Assembly: GCA_964293005.1 (NCBI GenBank)
Contig: CAXYXW010000020.1
Location: 3,766-67,765 of the forward strand
DNA: 64,000 nt
Direction of reading: 5' to 3'
DNA from: an uncultured Thiothrix sp.
GTDB lineage: Bacteria > Pseudomonadota > Gammaproteobacteria > Thiotrichales > Thiotrichaceae
Part shown: piece after piece, positions 9,243 through 19,690 of the stretch
Layout: each line of letters starts with the position of its first letter
Position numbering within the stretch: position 1 is the stretch's first letter
The notes under the pieces: generated by a model
Seen by the model: the letters and a program-made list of their open reading frames with translations, nothing else
What the model was told of the DNA's origin: nothing
Databases searched by the model: none
Made by a program: the position numbers and the translations under genes

Positions 9243-10859
9243 TCAGAAACCTGTTTGTGTACCGATAACAAGCTGGTAATCATCGGTTTTACCTTGGGTA
9301 TTGACCGGCAGTGCCAGATCGATGTGTAGCACCTTGCCGCTGCTGGAGCGGGTAGAGACGACCCGCAAGCCCACCCCTATATCCCCCAGCCATTCTGCAG
9401 GTTTGCCCTGTCCCCATGCTGTCCCCGCATCGGCGAAGGCGACAGCCCCGACTTTGGCTACATGGAAAGGATAGCCATTGAAGTAAAAGCGCTTCTCCAT
9501 TTTTAGCACAATGGATTTATCGCCCGTTTGGTAGCCGGTCGGATAGCCACGCAAACCTTCTGTGCCCCCCAGGAGGATTTGCTCCCCGAGCACTAGGTTA
9601 TCAGCGGCTTTGGCAATACCCGAGACATGCCAACTGCTGTTGGGGGTGTTGAAATAATTCCACTCACCTTTGAGGGTGGTGCGCCCGCCACGGTGCAGGC
9701 CGTTGCCCAGCCAGGTGGTGTTTTCCAGTGAAACCAAACCCAGTTGTTGCGGGCTTAAGCTAAAACCTTTGCTGTAGCTGGCATTGAGCTTCAGGTAGGT
9801 GGCATCTGCCCCCAACTGCGGGTGCAGCAAACCGGCACTGACTGCCCCTTGATGCCCCAAGGCGATGTCTTCGGTATTGCCCATGGTGTGGAAGTTTTCG
9901 CGCTGGGTGTATTTATCCTGGACATATTCGTAACCCAGCCACGGATAGGATTGCACCTCGGGTGGTGGGTAATCGGTGTTGCTGGGGGTTGTGAAATAGC
10001 CTTTCCGCGCATATTGCCAGCCAATCAGGTAGCGCTCAGTACGGTCTTGGCGGCGGCCTTCTGACCAGCCATAGAAAAAATTGGCTGCCAAGTTATCTTC
10101 GCCGATTTTGTGCAGAACTTGGCCTTGTCCATAAATAGGCGTTTCCTGTTCAAGGTGCTGGGCGCTGATACCCCATGCCCGCTTGCTGTCAAATTGGTAA
10201 AAGGGCAGGGTGAGGTTGAATTGGTAGCCATTACCATCGCTATTGTCCTGGGCGGCAGCGGTTAGCTGGTAGTGTGTGCCGAACAGGTTGGGGTCATGGT
10301 AGCCCAGATGTATCTGGTTGCGGTCATTGTCTTGTTTATACCCCAGGGTGAGTGATTTGCCCATGCCCAGAAGGTTGTGCTCATCGATTTCGATGCCGCT
10401 ATTACTGTTACCCCCGGCTTGCCCGAAGGAAACACCCGTTGTCAGTGTCCAATTGTCGCGGGTATGCACCGTCACCTGAATGTGCTTGCCACACACCTTT
10501 TCGGCAACGATCCTGGCCTCTTTGAGGTAGCGCTGCGCCCGTAACAGCCGTTCGGATTCAGCCAGTTTTGCCGCCACATACGGGTCGCCCGGTTTGAACA
10601 GCAATTGGTGGATGATGACGTTTTTATCCGTTTGGATGTGCAGCCGGTTGGCTGTCCGGTTGTACCAGTGGCTCTCCTTAGGGTCGTTCAGGTCGAAAAT
10701 ATCCTGGCTTTGTACGGTAATCGTACCGATCCGTAGCGCCGTATTTTGCGCATCACTGCTCTGCCAAGGTCGGCAGGATTCGGCTTGCACGTTGCTTAAG
10801 GTGCAGCCAAGCAGTGACAGACTGGCGATGAAGCGCCCTGTGGTTGGCTTATTTGCCAT
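9243..10859 (-). CDS. Omp85-superfamily outer-membrane beta-barrel protein (TamA/ShlB-like, POTRA plus barrel)
   Basis: Signal-like N-terminus. A long beta-rich C-terminal domain ends in an aromatic residue (...GTQTGF). Overlaps the upstream sulfatase-family gene by 11 nt. Confidence 0.5.
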   Translation of the reverse strand: MANKPTTGRFIASLSLLGCTLSNVQAESCRPWQSSDAQNTALRIGTITVQSQDIFDLNDPKESHWYNRTANRLHIQTDKNVIIHQLLFKPGDPYVAAKLAESERLLRAQRYLKEARIVAEKVCGKHIQVTVHTRDNWTLTTGVSFGQAGGNSNSGIEIDEHNLLGMGKSLTLGYKQDNDRNQIHLGYHDPNLFGTHYQLTAAAQDNSDGNGYQFNLTLPFYQFDSKRAWGISAQHLEQETPIYGQGQVLHKIGEDNLAANFFYGWSEGRRQDRTERYLIGWQYARKGYFTTPSNTDYPPPEVQSYPWLGYEYVQDKYTQRENFHTMGNTEDIALGHQGAVSAGLLHPQLGADATYLKLNASYSKGFSLSPQQLGLVSLENTTWLGNGLHRGGRTTLKGEWNYFNTPNSSWHVSGIAKAADNLVLGEQILLGGTEGLRGYPTGYQTGDKSIVLKMEKRFYFNGYPFHVAKVGAVAFADAGTAWGQGKPAEWLGDIGVGLRVVSTRSSSGKVLHIDLALPVNTQGKTDDYQLVIGTQTGF

Positions 10860-12771
10860 GCTGCCCGCCCAAACGCCGCAATTCGGCAGCCGCTGTCTGG
10901 TAATAGGCCACGACTGCATCGATCAATTCGGCATTGGCTTCGCGCTTGTCCCCGGTTTTGGCATCCACGGTGTTGATGGTTTGTTTCGGCATTAACTCCA
11001 CCACCTTGTCCCCTTCCAGATAGCCGACGGTCAGGTAGTTTGCCATGAATGCACGCGGATGGGTGCGGGCTGCCAGACGGATGTCCTGCCCAAAAAATTC
11101 TGAGGTATAAGGGATATTCAGCAAGCCAAGCAGGGTCGGGGCGACATCAATCTGTGAGGCAAGGTCGGTGATGGCTTGGGCTGGAATGAAACCGGGTGAA
11201 TAAATCACCAGCGGGATATGGTAATGCTCCGGTGGCAAATCGGTTCTGCCCCGACCGTGTGAGGTATGGTCAGCGACAAAGACAAACACGGTATCGGCAA
11301 ACCACGGTTGCTGGCGGGCTTCCTGCATGAAGTTGCCAATCGCCCAGTCGGTGTATTTCACTGCACCATCACGCCCCGTACCGGAAGGGATGTCAATGCG
11401 TCCATTCGGGTAAGTGTAAGGGCGGTGGTTGGAGGTGGTCATGACATGCGCAAACACTTTCTGCCCTTGACTGGCCTGCTCCGTGATGACCTTGAGGGCA
11501 TGGTGCAGGATGTCCTCATCGGCAATCCCCCAGATGGTTTCATGGTGGATGTCGGCTTCAGCGACGGCGGTACGGTCAACCACGGTATAACCATTGCCGC
11601 TAAAAAAGTTTTCCATATTGTCGAAATAGCTATAGCCACCATAGATATAAAACGGTTGGTAGCCGTTATCTTTCAGCACCCCGCCCAATGTTTGCAGGCC
11701 GGTGTTGTGTTTGCGCACCGGCACGGCATGCCCCGGTGTGGGCGGGATTGACAGGGTGAGGGCTTCCAGCCCCCGTACCGTGCGTAAGCCCGTAGCATAC
11801 AGTTGGGTGAACATCATACCTTCTTTTGCCAGTTGGTCGAGGTTCGGGGTCAAGCCCGGTTTGCCACCGAAAGCGCCGACATAATCTGCCCCGAGACTTT
11901 CAATCGACACCATCACCACATGCTTGTTGGCAGGGGGGGCAGCCGGTTTGACTTCGTGTCGGATCGGTAAGCCTTCACCAATAAAACTCAGATCCGGCTG
12001 GCCTTTGCGGAATGCCTGCTGCAAGGCGGTGTGTGCCTGTTGTTCCGGCAAGGTCTTGTAAAAGCTGAAGTAATCGAGGTCATTGGCGCGGAACGCCCGC
12101 ATGAACTCGTAATAGCCATTACTGGACAGTTCACGGGCGGCGGGTTGCCCGAAACTTTCACGCGGCTGATCATTCACCAGCAGGAAGCTGCTGACGGGCA
12201 GGCCAAGCAAGAGCAGGGTCATCAACAGGCGCTTGGGCAAGGAACCACCATCGGCATTGACCGCATTCCAAAACGGGCGATAAACCAGCCACAACAACAG
12301 CAAGGCCAGCATGCCTATTCCGGTCAGCAACCAGGCAACCGGGTAGGATTGCCAGATATTGCCCAATACTTCGCGAGTGTAAATCAGGTAATCGACAGCA
12401 ATGAAGTTGAAGCGTGAGGAAAACTCATTCCAGAACGTACCCTCTGCCAAACCGGTAAACAGGAAGCCAAAGGTCATGCTTGCCAAGAGCAGCAAGGCCA
12501 GCAGTGCGTGCAGCCGTTTGCGTTTCGGGCCATTGCCAAAAACCAATGCCAACAAGGTAAACGGGATCAGGACATAACAGGCGGCTGCCAAGTCATAGAG
12601 CACGCCGACCAGCATGATCTTCGGCAGTTGCAGGAGGGGCAGTGGGTTGCCCATCCCTTCAAAGAACCACAAGCCCAGCCGTGTCAGGGTATTGGTGAGC
12701 AGGAAAAGCAGGGCAACCCATAGTAAGGCATGGTAGCGCGGCGGAATCAGGGGGGGACGTTGGTTGATCAT
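10849..12771 (-). CDS. LTA synthase / phosphoglycerol-phosphoethanolamine transferase family protein (sulfatase superfamily, membrane)
   Basis: N-terminal multi-TM region followed by a sulfatase-like periplasmic domain (VVMVSIESLGADYVG, TSNHRPYTYP, DHTSHGRG). Probable start at MINQRPPL. Confidence 0.7.
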   Translation of the reverse strand: MINQRPPLIPPRYHALLWVALLFLLTNTLTRLGLWFFEGMGNPLPLLQLPKIMLVGVLYDLAAACYVLIPFTLLALVFGNGPKRKRLHALLALLLLASMTFGFLFTGLAEGTFWNEFSSRFNFIAVDYLIYTREVLGNIWQSYPVAWLLTGIGMLALLLLWLVYRPFWNAVNADGGSLPKRLLMTLLLLGLPVSSFLLVNDQPRESFGQPAARELSSNGYYEFMRAFRANDLDYFSFYKTLPEQQAHTALQQAFRKGQPDLSFIGEGLPIRHEVKPAAPPANKHVVMVSIESLGADYVGAFGGKPGLTPNLDQLAKEGMMFTQLYATGLRTVRGLEALTLSIPPTPGHAVPVRKHNTGLQTLGGVLKDNGYQPFYIYGGYSYFDNMENFFSGNGYTVVDRTAVAEADIHHETIWGIADEDILHHALKVITEQASQGQKVFAHVMTTSNHRPYTYPNGRIDIPSGTGRDGAVKYTDWAIGNFMQEARQQPWFADTVFVFVADHTSHGRGRTDLPPEHYHIPLVIYSPGFIPAQAITDLASQIDVAPTLLGLLNIPYTSEFFGQDIRLAARTHPRAFMANYLTVGYLEGDKVVELMPKQTINTVDAKTGDKREANAELIDAVVAYYQTAAAELRRLGGQHGK

Positions 12772-12978
12772 GATGTGGGCAGCCCGGATATTTTGTGGTC
12801 GGTATCTTACGCAGGCGTTGGGCGTTGGCACAGTAGGCAAAGGTGGGTTTTATGGTGTATAAGTGAAAAAACACCCTATAGGACATATGCCGGATGGACT
12901 TTGGGCTGCCCATTGCTTATAAAATTGCCCCGGCTTTTATTTCCAACACTTTTTCAATTTAACTCCAATACAGTAGCC

Positions 12979-13479
12979 ATGAAAAAAATATTATCCCTGT
13001 CTTTCCTGCTCGCCTTTACCTTGGCGGCATGCAGTGCCAATGAGCATAAACACCACGAGGCCGCAGGTGCAGGCCATGAAAGCGGTAAGGCTGGTGCGGC
13101 TGATCCCGCAGCGGCAATCGCTGCCATGAGCCATCCCGGTGCAAAGGTGTACCAGTCTGCCTGCATGAAGTGCCATGCGGTGGGGGGTGGTGAAGAAGGT
13201 GTTGCCCCACCAATTTTTGGGGTGAAAGACCATGTAATAAAGGCTTATCCAGAAAAGGCGGCCTTTGTCGCACGGGTGACAGCATGGGTGAAAGCCCCGA
13301 ATGCCAATGATGTGTTGATGCCCGGAGCCGTTGGCAAGTTTGGCCTGATGCCTGCCATGCCACAAATCAGCGATGCTGATTTGCAAGCAGTCGCTGAGTT
13401 CCTGTATGACACGGATTTGGGTCAACCTGAATGGTATAAGGCGCATTACGAGGCGGAACACGGCAAGAAGCCCCATTGA
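12979..13479 (+). CDS. c-type cytochrome lipoprotein (monoheme)
   Basis: Signal plus lipobox LAACS, and a CXXCH motif (CMKCH). Confidence 0.7.
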   Translation: MKKILSLSFLLAFTLAACSANEHKHHEAAGAGHESGKAGAADPAAAIAAMSHPGAKVYQSACMKCHAVGGGEEGVAPPIFGVKDHVIKAYPEKAAFVARVTAWVKAPNANDVLMPGAVGKFGLMPAMPQISDADLQAVAEFLYDTDLGQPEWYKAHYEAEHGKKPH

Positions 13480-13552
13480 GTGGGGTTTAAACTGGTTTTT
13501 TGAGGGTGTTTTCAGGAAAGGGGGTATATCACTACGCCCCTGCCATTAGGGT

Positions 13553-14128
13553 TCATGACTGTTCGTGTGATGGGGTGGTGTTGTTTTTCGGCCATCCCAT
13601 GCGGGTCAAGGTATTGTCGCCGCGCCCAACATGGTGGATCAGTGCAAAACCGGCATGCAGCACAATCAATACATAACCGATGGAGCCTGCCAGGGCATGG
13701 TAGTGTTTCAGGTCTTTGCCCAGTGCTTTGTCTTCCATGATCAGGGCAGGTAACTCCAGCCCGAAAAAGGATAAGGTCTTGCCTTCGGCACTCAACAGCA
13801 GCCAGCCCAGGATGGGCATGCCGATCATCAGCGCATACAGTATGTAATGCATCAGCGTGGACATAAGCCGTTGCCAGGCTGGCGGGCTAGGCTGGATGCG
13901 TGGTGTTGGGCTGGTGAGGCGCACGCCCAGGCGCACGATTGCCAAGATCAGCACCGCGAAGCCCAGCAGGTAATGCCATGTCTTCAGCATTTCGCGGGGG
14001 TCGCTGCCTTTGGGGAACAGTACCCGCAACTCAATGCAGGCATAAACGGCAATCAGCAGGATTAGCATGATCCAATGCAGGCCAATGGACAGTGAACCGT
14101 AGCGTTCTTGGTTGTTTCGCCAGCTCAT
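13553..14128 (-). CDS. Cytochrome b561 family protein (paralog of 8493..9041)
   Basis: About 65% identical by eye to the other b561 over the TM core (LSIGLHWIMLILLIAVYACIELRV...). Confidence 0.8.
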   Translation of the reverse strand: MSWRNNQERYGSLSIGLHWIMLILLIAVYACIELRVLFPKGSDPREMLKTWHYLLGFAVLILAIVRLGVRLTSPTPRIQPSPPAWQRLMSTLMHYILYALMIGMPILGWLLLSAEGKTLSFFGLELPALIMEDKALGKDLKHYHALAGSIGYVLIVLHAGFALIHHVGRGDNTLTRMGWPKNNTTPSHEQS

Positions 14129-14280
14129 CGGGGGTCTCCGCGTTATTCAGGTTAGGCAGGTTTTTGGGTACTGTATTTTTCAGTACCCATGCTGTCGTGC
14201 TTATCTGTTACAAAGCGCGGCATAAGCCGGATGGATGGCAAGATTAAGTGGTGTGCTGATGCAACATCTGTAACATTTGC

Positions 14281-15411
14281 TCAACACAATAACTGTCTGG
14301 CGGCTGCTTGCATGGGGTTTAGTAATGGCTCCAGCCGTTTGCGCATCACTGAACCAACCGCATCATTGCCCCCAAAAGCGGTATTGAGGCTGTCTTCGCC
14401 CAACTGTGCCAGCAACAGCATAGCCTTGAAATGTGGCAAATGCGCCTGATCCAGTGTTCCTGCCACCGTTTGCACAGCTTCTGCACCCACTTCGCCCTGG
14501 CAGAACTGCTCCGCCCTGGATTGGGCTTGCTGGATGTCACGCACACCGTGGGCTTCGGGAAACGGCAGATTGAAGCGTTTTTGCACCGCCTTGAACAGGG
14601 AAATCACCACCTCTTGGTCAACTGGTTTTTCCAACGCCAACAACAGGGCATGCAGCCATTTTTGCCCGGCAGCGGACAGCGCAAGGTGGAAAGCATGGGC
14701 AAACGGGTTATTGGCGGCTTGGGCGGCTGCCAAGCGTTGCCCGATGTCGGCATGGAAACGGTGGTCGGCCTGTTCCAGCGGGATGCAGGCGGCATCGGCA
14801 TGCAGGAAGCCAATATAAAACGGGTTTTTGCGTTTGGCGCGGCTCCAGAGCTTGTCCCGCTCCGGTGCTGAAACCAGCTCACCTTGCAGGCAAAGGCGCA
14901 CGCTATCCACCACATCCAGGGGGATTTCTTCAAACGGCAGGAATTCCAACAAATAGCGAGCCAATTCCTTGCCCAAGGCTCCTGCCACCACCTCCGGCTT
15001 TTCCAACAGGCGGCGGGCGGTGTCGGCAGACGGGTAAGCCCACCATGCCCGCCGCGCCAGTTCATGGCTGAGGTCGGGGGCGTGTACCACGGCAACCACT
15101 GCTTCCGGTTCGCCGAGCAACAGCATTTGCACCAGGTTATTGCGGGCATGTCCGGTACGTGTCCAGCGTTGCAGGAAAACCGGGTAGCCTCCGGGTGAAC
15201 CCGTTACTTTCAGTGATAGCAGTTCACGCACCCAGCGTAAGTACTGTTCATCACGCACGGTCGGGTTGAGCCGCACTTTGGCCTCACCTTTTTCGGTCAG
15301 GGCATGTACCGTCATGGTGGCCTCATTGATGCGGATGGCGTGCAGGGGTTGGGCTAACAGCACATTCAGGCGCAGGTTGTCTTCATTGGAGAGTTGCATG
15401 CCAGTTTCCAT
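14281..15411 (-). CDS. Conserved hypothetical protein (376 aa), no recognisable motif
   Basis: Long ORF with good codon structure, divergent from the SWIM-module operon. Confidence 0.4.
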   Translation of the reverse strand: METGMQLSNEDNLRLNVLLAQPLHAIRINEATMTVHALTEKGEAKVRLNPTVRDEQYLRWVRELLSLKVTGSPGGYPVFLQRWTRTGHARNNLVQMLLLGEPEAVVAVVHAPDLSHELARRAWWAYPSADTARRLLEKPEVVAGALGKELARYLLEFLPFEEIPLDVVDSVRLCLQGELVSAPERDKLWSRAKRKNPFYIGFLHADAACIPLEQADHRFHADIGQRLAAAQAANNPFAHAFHLALSAAGQKWLHALLLALEKPVDQEVVISLFKAVQKRFNLPFPEAHGVRDIQQAQSRAEQFCQGEVGAEAVQTVAGTLDQAHLPHFKAMLLLAQLGEDSLNTAFGGNDAVGSVMRKRLEPLLNPMQAAARQLLC

Positions 15412-15571
15412 CGTGGGGTCAAGCGCTGATTATCCGTGGGATGCAGCATGACTCCAATAGCCCCGGTGGACAAAAGGGCATGGATTCGCTGAATCGGGTT
15501 TGTAAATGCTGGAAAGTTTTCCTACATTTTTCTACACTGCACCCACATCATTTATAAAATAACGAAAACAC

Positions 15572-16915
15572 ATGACGACCCATCCTCATACCATCCGTTG
15601 GACGACCCAACATGTTGCTGCCCTCGCACCTGATGCGGCTTCCTTGAAAGCAGGGGAAAAACTCAGTCAGGCTCACCAATGGCTCACGCTCGGGCGTGCC
15701 GGTGAAATCCTGTGGGGAGAAATCAAAGGCAGCGGCAAAAATCCCTATCAGACCGCGATTGCCTTGGCAGAACCAGCTTTCAAATGTTCCTGCCCCAGCC
15801 GTAAATTTCCCTGTAAGCACGGATTGGGGCTGGCACTGGTGTTTGCCGCCAGTGCGGATGCCTTGGTGGAAGCTGAGCCACCAGCCTGGTTACAGGAGTG
15901 GCTGGACAAGCGTGGGCAACGCGCCCAAAAACAGGCGGAAAAAGCTGCTAGTGCTGCTGAGCCAGTGGACGAGGCCACGGTGCAGAAACGGGCGGCTGCC
16001 CAGCAAAAGCGTAACCATGCGCGTGATGAAAAAGTCAGTGCTGGGGTGACAGAGCTGCAACGCTGGCTATTTGACCTGATCCGTCAGGGCTTGGCACACG
16101 CTGATGATACCCAGTGGCAGCACATGGCAGCCCGCATGGTCGATGCCCAAGCCCCTGGTCTTGCCCGCCGTTTGCAAAATGCGGGCAACTTGCGTTATCA
16201 GGGTAGTGCCTGGCAGGAAAAACTTCTGCTGGAGATGGCTCGCCTTCATCTGTTACTGGAGGCATGGCAACGCCGCGACAGCCTGCCTGCCGCTGTGCAG
16301 GCGGATGTGTTGGCGCAGATCGGCTTTAACCTCAATAAAGAGGAGGTGCAGGCAACGGAGGGTATCCCAGACCTTTGGCAGGTTGTCGGGCAACGGCAGG
16401 AAGATGATGGGCAAATGCGCACGCAACGCACTTGGCTATATGGCTTGCACTCCCGGCGCTATGCCTTGCTGCTGGATTTTGCCGTGCAGAACCAGACGAT
16501 GGCATTGCGCCCCGGTATCGGCGGGCGCATCGAGGGGCTGTTGGCCTATTACCCATCGGCTGTCCCCTTGCGGGCATTAGCCCCTGTCCCCAGTGCCGTT
16601 CCTGTCAGTGGGGAGGACAACGGGCTGTTGTTTTTGCCACTAACCGACAACTTCAGCGCTTATGGACTTGCCTTGGCACAATGCCCGTGGTTGGGCATGT
16701 TTCCGTTTGCCATCGCTGATGTGGTTCCGGTGCAGCATGAGGGTGAATGGTTATTGGTCGATGCCCATCAACAGGCTATTCCGCTGCGCATCAGTGACGC
16801 GGAAGGATGGGGTCTGCTAGCGGAGAGTGGCGGGCATCCCTTGGCAGTGTTTGGTGAATGGGATGGCAGCATCCTGCATATCTGCGGCACATTCCAAGCC
16901 CAAGGGGGGCGATAG
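15572..16915 (+). CDS. SWIM zinc finger domain protein (first gene of the MoxR/VWA-associated module)
   Basis: SWIM-type CxC...CxH motif (FKCSCPSRKFPCKHG) near the N-terminus, followed by a long helical region. The stop lies 2 nt before the next start. Confidence 0.7.
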   Translation: MTTHPHTIRWTTQHVAALAPDAASLKAGEKLSQAHQWLTLGRAGEILWGEIKGSGKNPYQTAIALAEPAFKCSCPSRKFPCKHGLGLALVFAASADALVEAEPPAWLQEWLDKRGQRAQKQAEKAASAAEPVDEATVQKRAAAQQKRNHARDEKVSAGVTELQRWLFDLIRQGLAHADDTQWQHMAARMVDAQAPGLARRLQNAGNLRYQGSAWQEKLLLEMARLHLLLEAWQRRDSLPAAVQADVLAQIGFNLNKEEVQATEGIPDLWQVVGQRQEDDGQMRTQRTWLYGLHSRRYALLLDFAVQNQTMALRPGIGGRIEGLLAYYPSAVPLRALAPVPSAVPVSGEDNGLLFLPLTDNFSAYGLALAQCPWLGMFPFAIADVVPVQHEGEWLLVDAHQQAIPLRISDAEGWGLLAESGGHPLAVFGEWDGSILHICGTFQAQGGR

Positions 16916-16917
16916 TC

Positions 16918-18486
16918 ATGCAATTACAACCATTACCACAGGATTTGCTCAAAACTGCCCTGTTGGGAACCGAGCGCCAAACACAAGCTCCGCATGGCAA
17001 TAGCGCGTTGCAGCCTTATTTGGCGCAACTTTACCCGCAAGGGCAAGTACCTGCCGGTAGCAACCGTGAGTCTGCGTTTCTTGGGGCGGTTGCGTTGGCT
17101 TTGCACTACCGGGCGGCGGGTGCTGTACCCACCCCTTTTACCGGCACACTGCCACCCCCCGATCAGGGAGCTGATTTGCCCCTGATTCCCCCGGCTGCGG
17201 AACTGCATTTGCGGCGTATGTTGGTGGATAACAGCCTGCGCCCCTTGCTGGATGGCTGGTTGGAAACCGTTGCTACCCGGCGTTTACGGGTTCCGGCTGG
17301 TTTTATCCCGACCTTGCTGGAGCTGGCACAGCAAAGCCGCCGTATCCGCCCAGCGCTCAGTGTTGTGATTGGGCAGCGTGGGCATTGGCTCGCCAAGCAG
17401 CGGCAGGAGTGGCAGCGCTTGCTGGTGCTTGCGCCTGAGCCTGAGCAGGGGGCTGACTCGGCAATACCGCATCCTGCCATTTGGGACGAGGGCAATACCG
17501 ATCAGCGTAGCGAATATTTACGCCAGGTACGGGCTCAAGACCCCGTTGCCGCGCGTGGCTTATTGCAGGCGGTCTGGAAACAGGAGTCGGCAGCCGTCAG
17601 GCAGGATTTGTTGGCAACATTGACCGTGGGTTTAAGCCTTGCCGATGAAGCGTGGCTGGAAAGCTGTCTGGATGACCGCAGCAAAGGGGTACGCCAGTTG
17701 GCAGCCTCCTTATTGGGTGGCCTGACCGGTTCGGCATTCAGCCAGCGTGCCCAAGCCCGCTTGCTCGGATGGTTGGCGGTGCAGGGCAGTGGTGGCTTGC
17801 TGGGCAAATTGACTGGCAAGAAAACCTTGCAAGTGAACCTGCCCGAAGCGTGGGACAAGGCGTGGCTACGTGATGGCATCGAAGAGAAGCCACCGCAAGG
17901 GACAGGTGCAAAGGCATGGTGGTTGGAGCAAGCCCTGTCGTATGTGCCCCCGGCGGTCTGGACACAGCATTGGCAGGTGGAGCCTGCTGAGATGTTGGCC
18001 TATGCGACAAAAAGTGACTGGAAAGCGCCGTTGCTGTCCGGTTGGCAAGCGGCATTGGGGCGTTATCCCGATAGCCGCTGGGCGCAAGTCTGGTTATTGC
18101 AAACCGATGCCCGCGCTTCATCCTTATGGCAGGTATTAAGCGTGGCTGAGGCGGAGCAATCGGCCTGTGAGTTGCTGGGGCGTGCCAAAAAACTGGAGCA
18201 CTGTGAGTTTCTGACCCAGCTTGGGCATGAGTGGAGCCAGCCGTTTTCCATGCAGGTGCTGCTAGCCGTGGCATCGCATATCGACCGCAAGCAAACCTAT
18301 GTGTATAGCATCTATAGCCTGTTCCGTCATCTGGCGGTGCATCTGGATGCAAGCTGCGTGGACGCACTGGCTGACAGTTGGCAGCAGCCCTTGCAGGCAG
18401 AAGATCACCCCTTCCATTCCCTTTTGACTGAAACCTTATTCACGGTGCGTTTCCGGGCAGACATGCTCGCCGCACTCCATGTATGA
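16918..18486 (+). CDS. DUF5691-like protein (second gene of the module)
   Basis: Large Ala/Leu-rich helical protein immediately after the SWIM gene. Its position matches the conserved SWIM-DUFx-MoxR-DUFy-VWA neighbourhood. The DUF number is from memory. Confidence 0.5.
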   Translation: MQLQPLPQDLLKTALLGTERQTQAPHGNSALQPYLAQLYPQGQVPAGSNRESAFLGAVALALHYRAAGAVPTPFTGTLPPPDQGADLPLIPPAAELHLRRMLVDNSLRPLLDGWLETVATRRLRVPAGFIPTLLELAQQSRRIRPALSVVIGQRGHWLAKQRQEWQRLLVLAPEPEQGADSAIPHPAIWDEGNTDQRSEYLRQVRAQDPVAARGLLQAVWKQESAAVRQDLLATLTVGLSLADEAWLESCLDDRSKGVRQLAASLLGGLTGSAFSQRAQARLLGWLAVQGSGGLLGKLTGKKTLQVNLPEAWDKAWLRDGIEEKPPQGTGAKAWWLEQALSYVPPAVWTQHWQVEPAEMLAYATKSDWKAPLLSGWQAALGRYPDSRWAQVWLLQTDARASSLWQVLSVAEAEQSACELLGRAKKLEHCEFLTQLGHEWSQPFSMQVLLAVASHIDRKQTYVYSIYSLFRHLAVHLDASCVDALADSWQQPLQAEDHPFHSLLTETLFTVRFRADMLAALHV

Positions 18487-18526
18487 CAACATGACAATCT
18501 TCAAGGCATAACAACAAGGATCAACC

Positions 18527-19633
18527 ATGAGCGACACCAACAGCGGTACTATTATCCAGAACGTCCTGCGCCAGCACGCGGAAACGGAATTTGCCCACGA
18601 ACTGGCAGCCCTGCGTGAATATGATACTCAACCCCGCCCCCCACGCTGGCAATTGTCGCCGTGGGCAGTGCGTACTTATTTGCTGGGGGGGGAGCTGCCC
18701 GGTGGCATTGTCATTAGCCCCAAATACATCGGCAGTTCGCGCCTGATGGAGATTGCCATTTCCACGCTGGCAACCGACCGTGCCTTGCTGCTGTATGGTT
18801 TGCCCGGTACGGCAAAGTCGTGGGTTTCCGAACACTTGGCCGCCGCCATTTCGGGGCGCTCGACCCTGATTGTGCAGGGGACAGCAGGCACGGGCGAGGA
18901 AACCCTGCGTTATAACTGGAACTATGCGCAACTGATTGCCAAAGGCCCTTCTGAAGCGGCGTTGATTGAAAGCCCGGTGATGCATGCCATGCGTAATGGC
19001 CTGATTGCGCGGGTGGAGGAGCTGACCCGCATCCCGGCAGATGTGCAGGATACGCTGATCACCATCTTGTCGGAAAAGATGCTGCCAATCCCGGAGTTGA
19101 ATAGTGAATGTCAGGCACAAAAGGGCTTTAACCTGATTGCCACCGCCAATAACCGTGATAAGGGTGTCAATGAGCTGTCAAGTGCTTTGAAGCGGCGTTT
19201 TAATACGGTGATTTTACCCATCCCGGAAACGCTGGATGAGGAAGCCAGCATTGTCGATCGTCGGGTGGGCAGTTTGGGGCGTGCGCTTGAATTACCGGCA
19301 GAAAAACCGGCCTTGGCTGAAATCCGCCGAATTGTCACGATTTTCCGGGAGTTGCGCAGTGGTGTAACCGAAGATGGTAAAACCAAACTGAAAATCCCGA
19401 CCGGTACACTCAGCACTGCCGAAGCAATCTCCGTGGTGGGCAGCGGCATGGCTTTGGCAGCCCATTTCGGCGATGGCAGCCTGACGGCGCGTGATTTTGC
19501 GGCAGGTTTGATCGGGGCAGTGGTGAAGGATCCGGTGCAGGATAGTGTGGTCTGGAAAGAATACCTGGAAACTGTGGTTAAGGAACGTTCAGACTGGAAA
19601 GATTTATATCGTGCCTGCCGTGAGGTCATTTGA
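18527..19633 (+). CDS. MoxR-family AAA+ ATPase
   Basis: Walker A LLYGLPGTAKS, Walker B and sensor regions typical of MoxR/CbbQ-like ATPases. About 368 aa. Confidence 0.8.
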   Translation: MSDTNSGTIIQNVLRQHAETEFAHELAALREYDTQPRPPRWQLSPWAVRTYLLGGELPGGIVISPKYIGSSRLMEIAISTLATDRALLLYGLPGTAKSWVSEHLAAAISGRSTLIVQGTAGTGEETLRYNWNYAQLIAKGPSEAALIESPVMHAMRNGLIARVEELTRIPADVQDTLITILSEKMLPIPELNSECQAQKGFNLIATANNRDKGVNELSSALKRRFNTVILPIPETLDEEASIVDRRVGSLGRALELPAEKPALAEIRRIVTIFRELRSGVTEDGKTKLKIPTGTLSTAEAISVVGSGMALAAHFGDGSLTARDFAAGLIGAVVKDPVQDSVVWKEYLETVVKERSDWKDLYRACREVI

Positions 19634-19690
19634 GAATTTCTGAGTATTTAAACAGCGGATCGACTTGAATTGCCTATTTAATCGGCGCTG

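Noticed and set aside
11266-11751. 161 aa + strand ORF inside the LTA-synthase-family gene
   Set aside because: Antisense to a gene with clear sulfatase-family motifs.
14281-15411. Possible identity of the 376 aa protein as a Dsr-cluster accessory protein (DsrS-like)
   Set aside because: Suggested only by size and the sulfur-oxidiser context. I cannot recall any matching motif, so it is not asserted.
17738-18367. 209 aa - strand ORF inside the DUF5691-like gene
   Set aside because: Pro/Ala/Arg-rich antisense translation of a GC-rich coding region.
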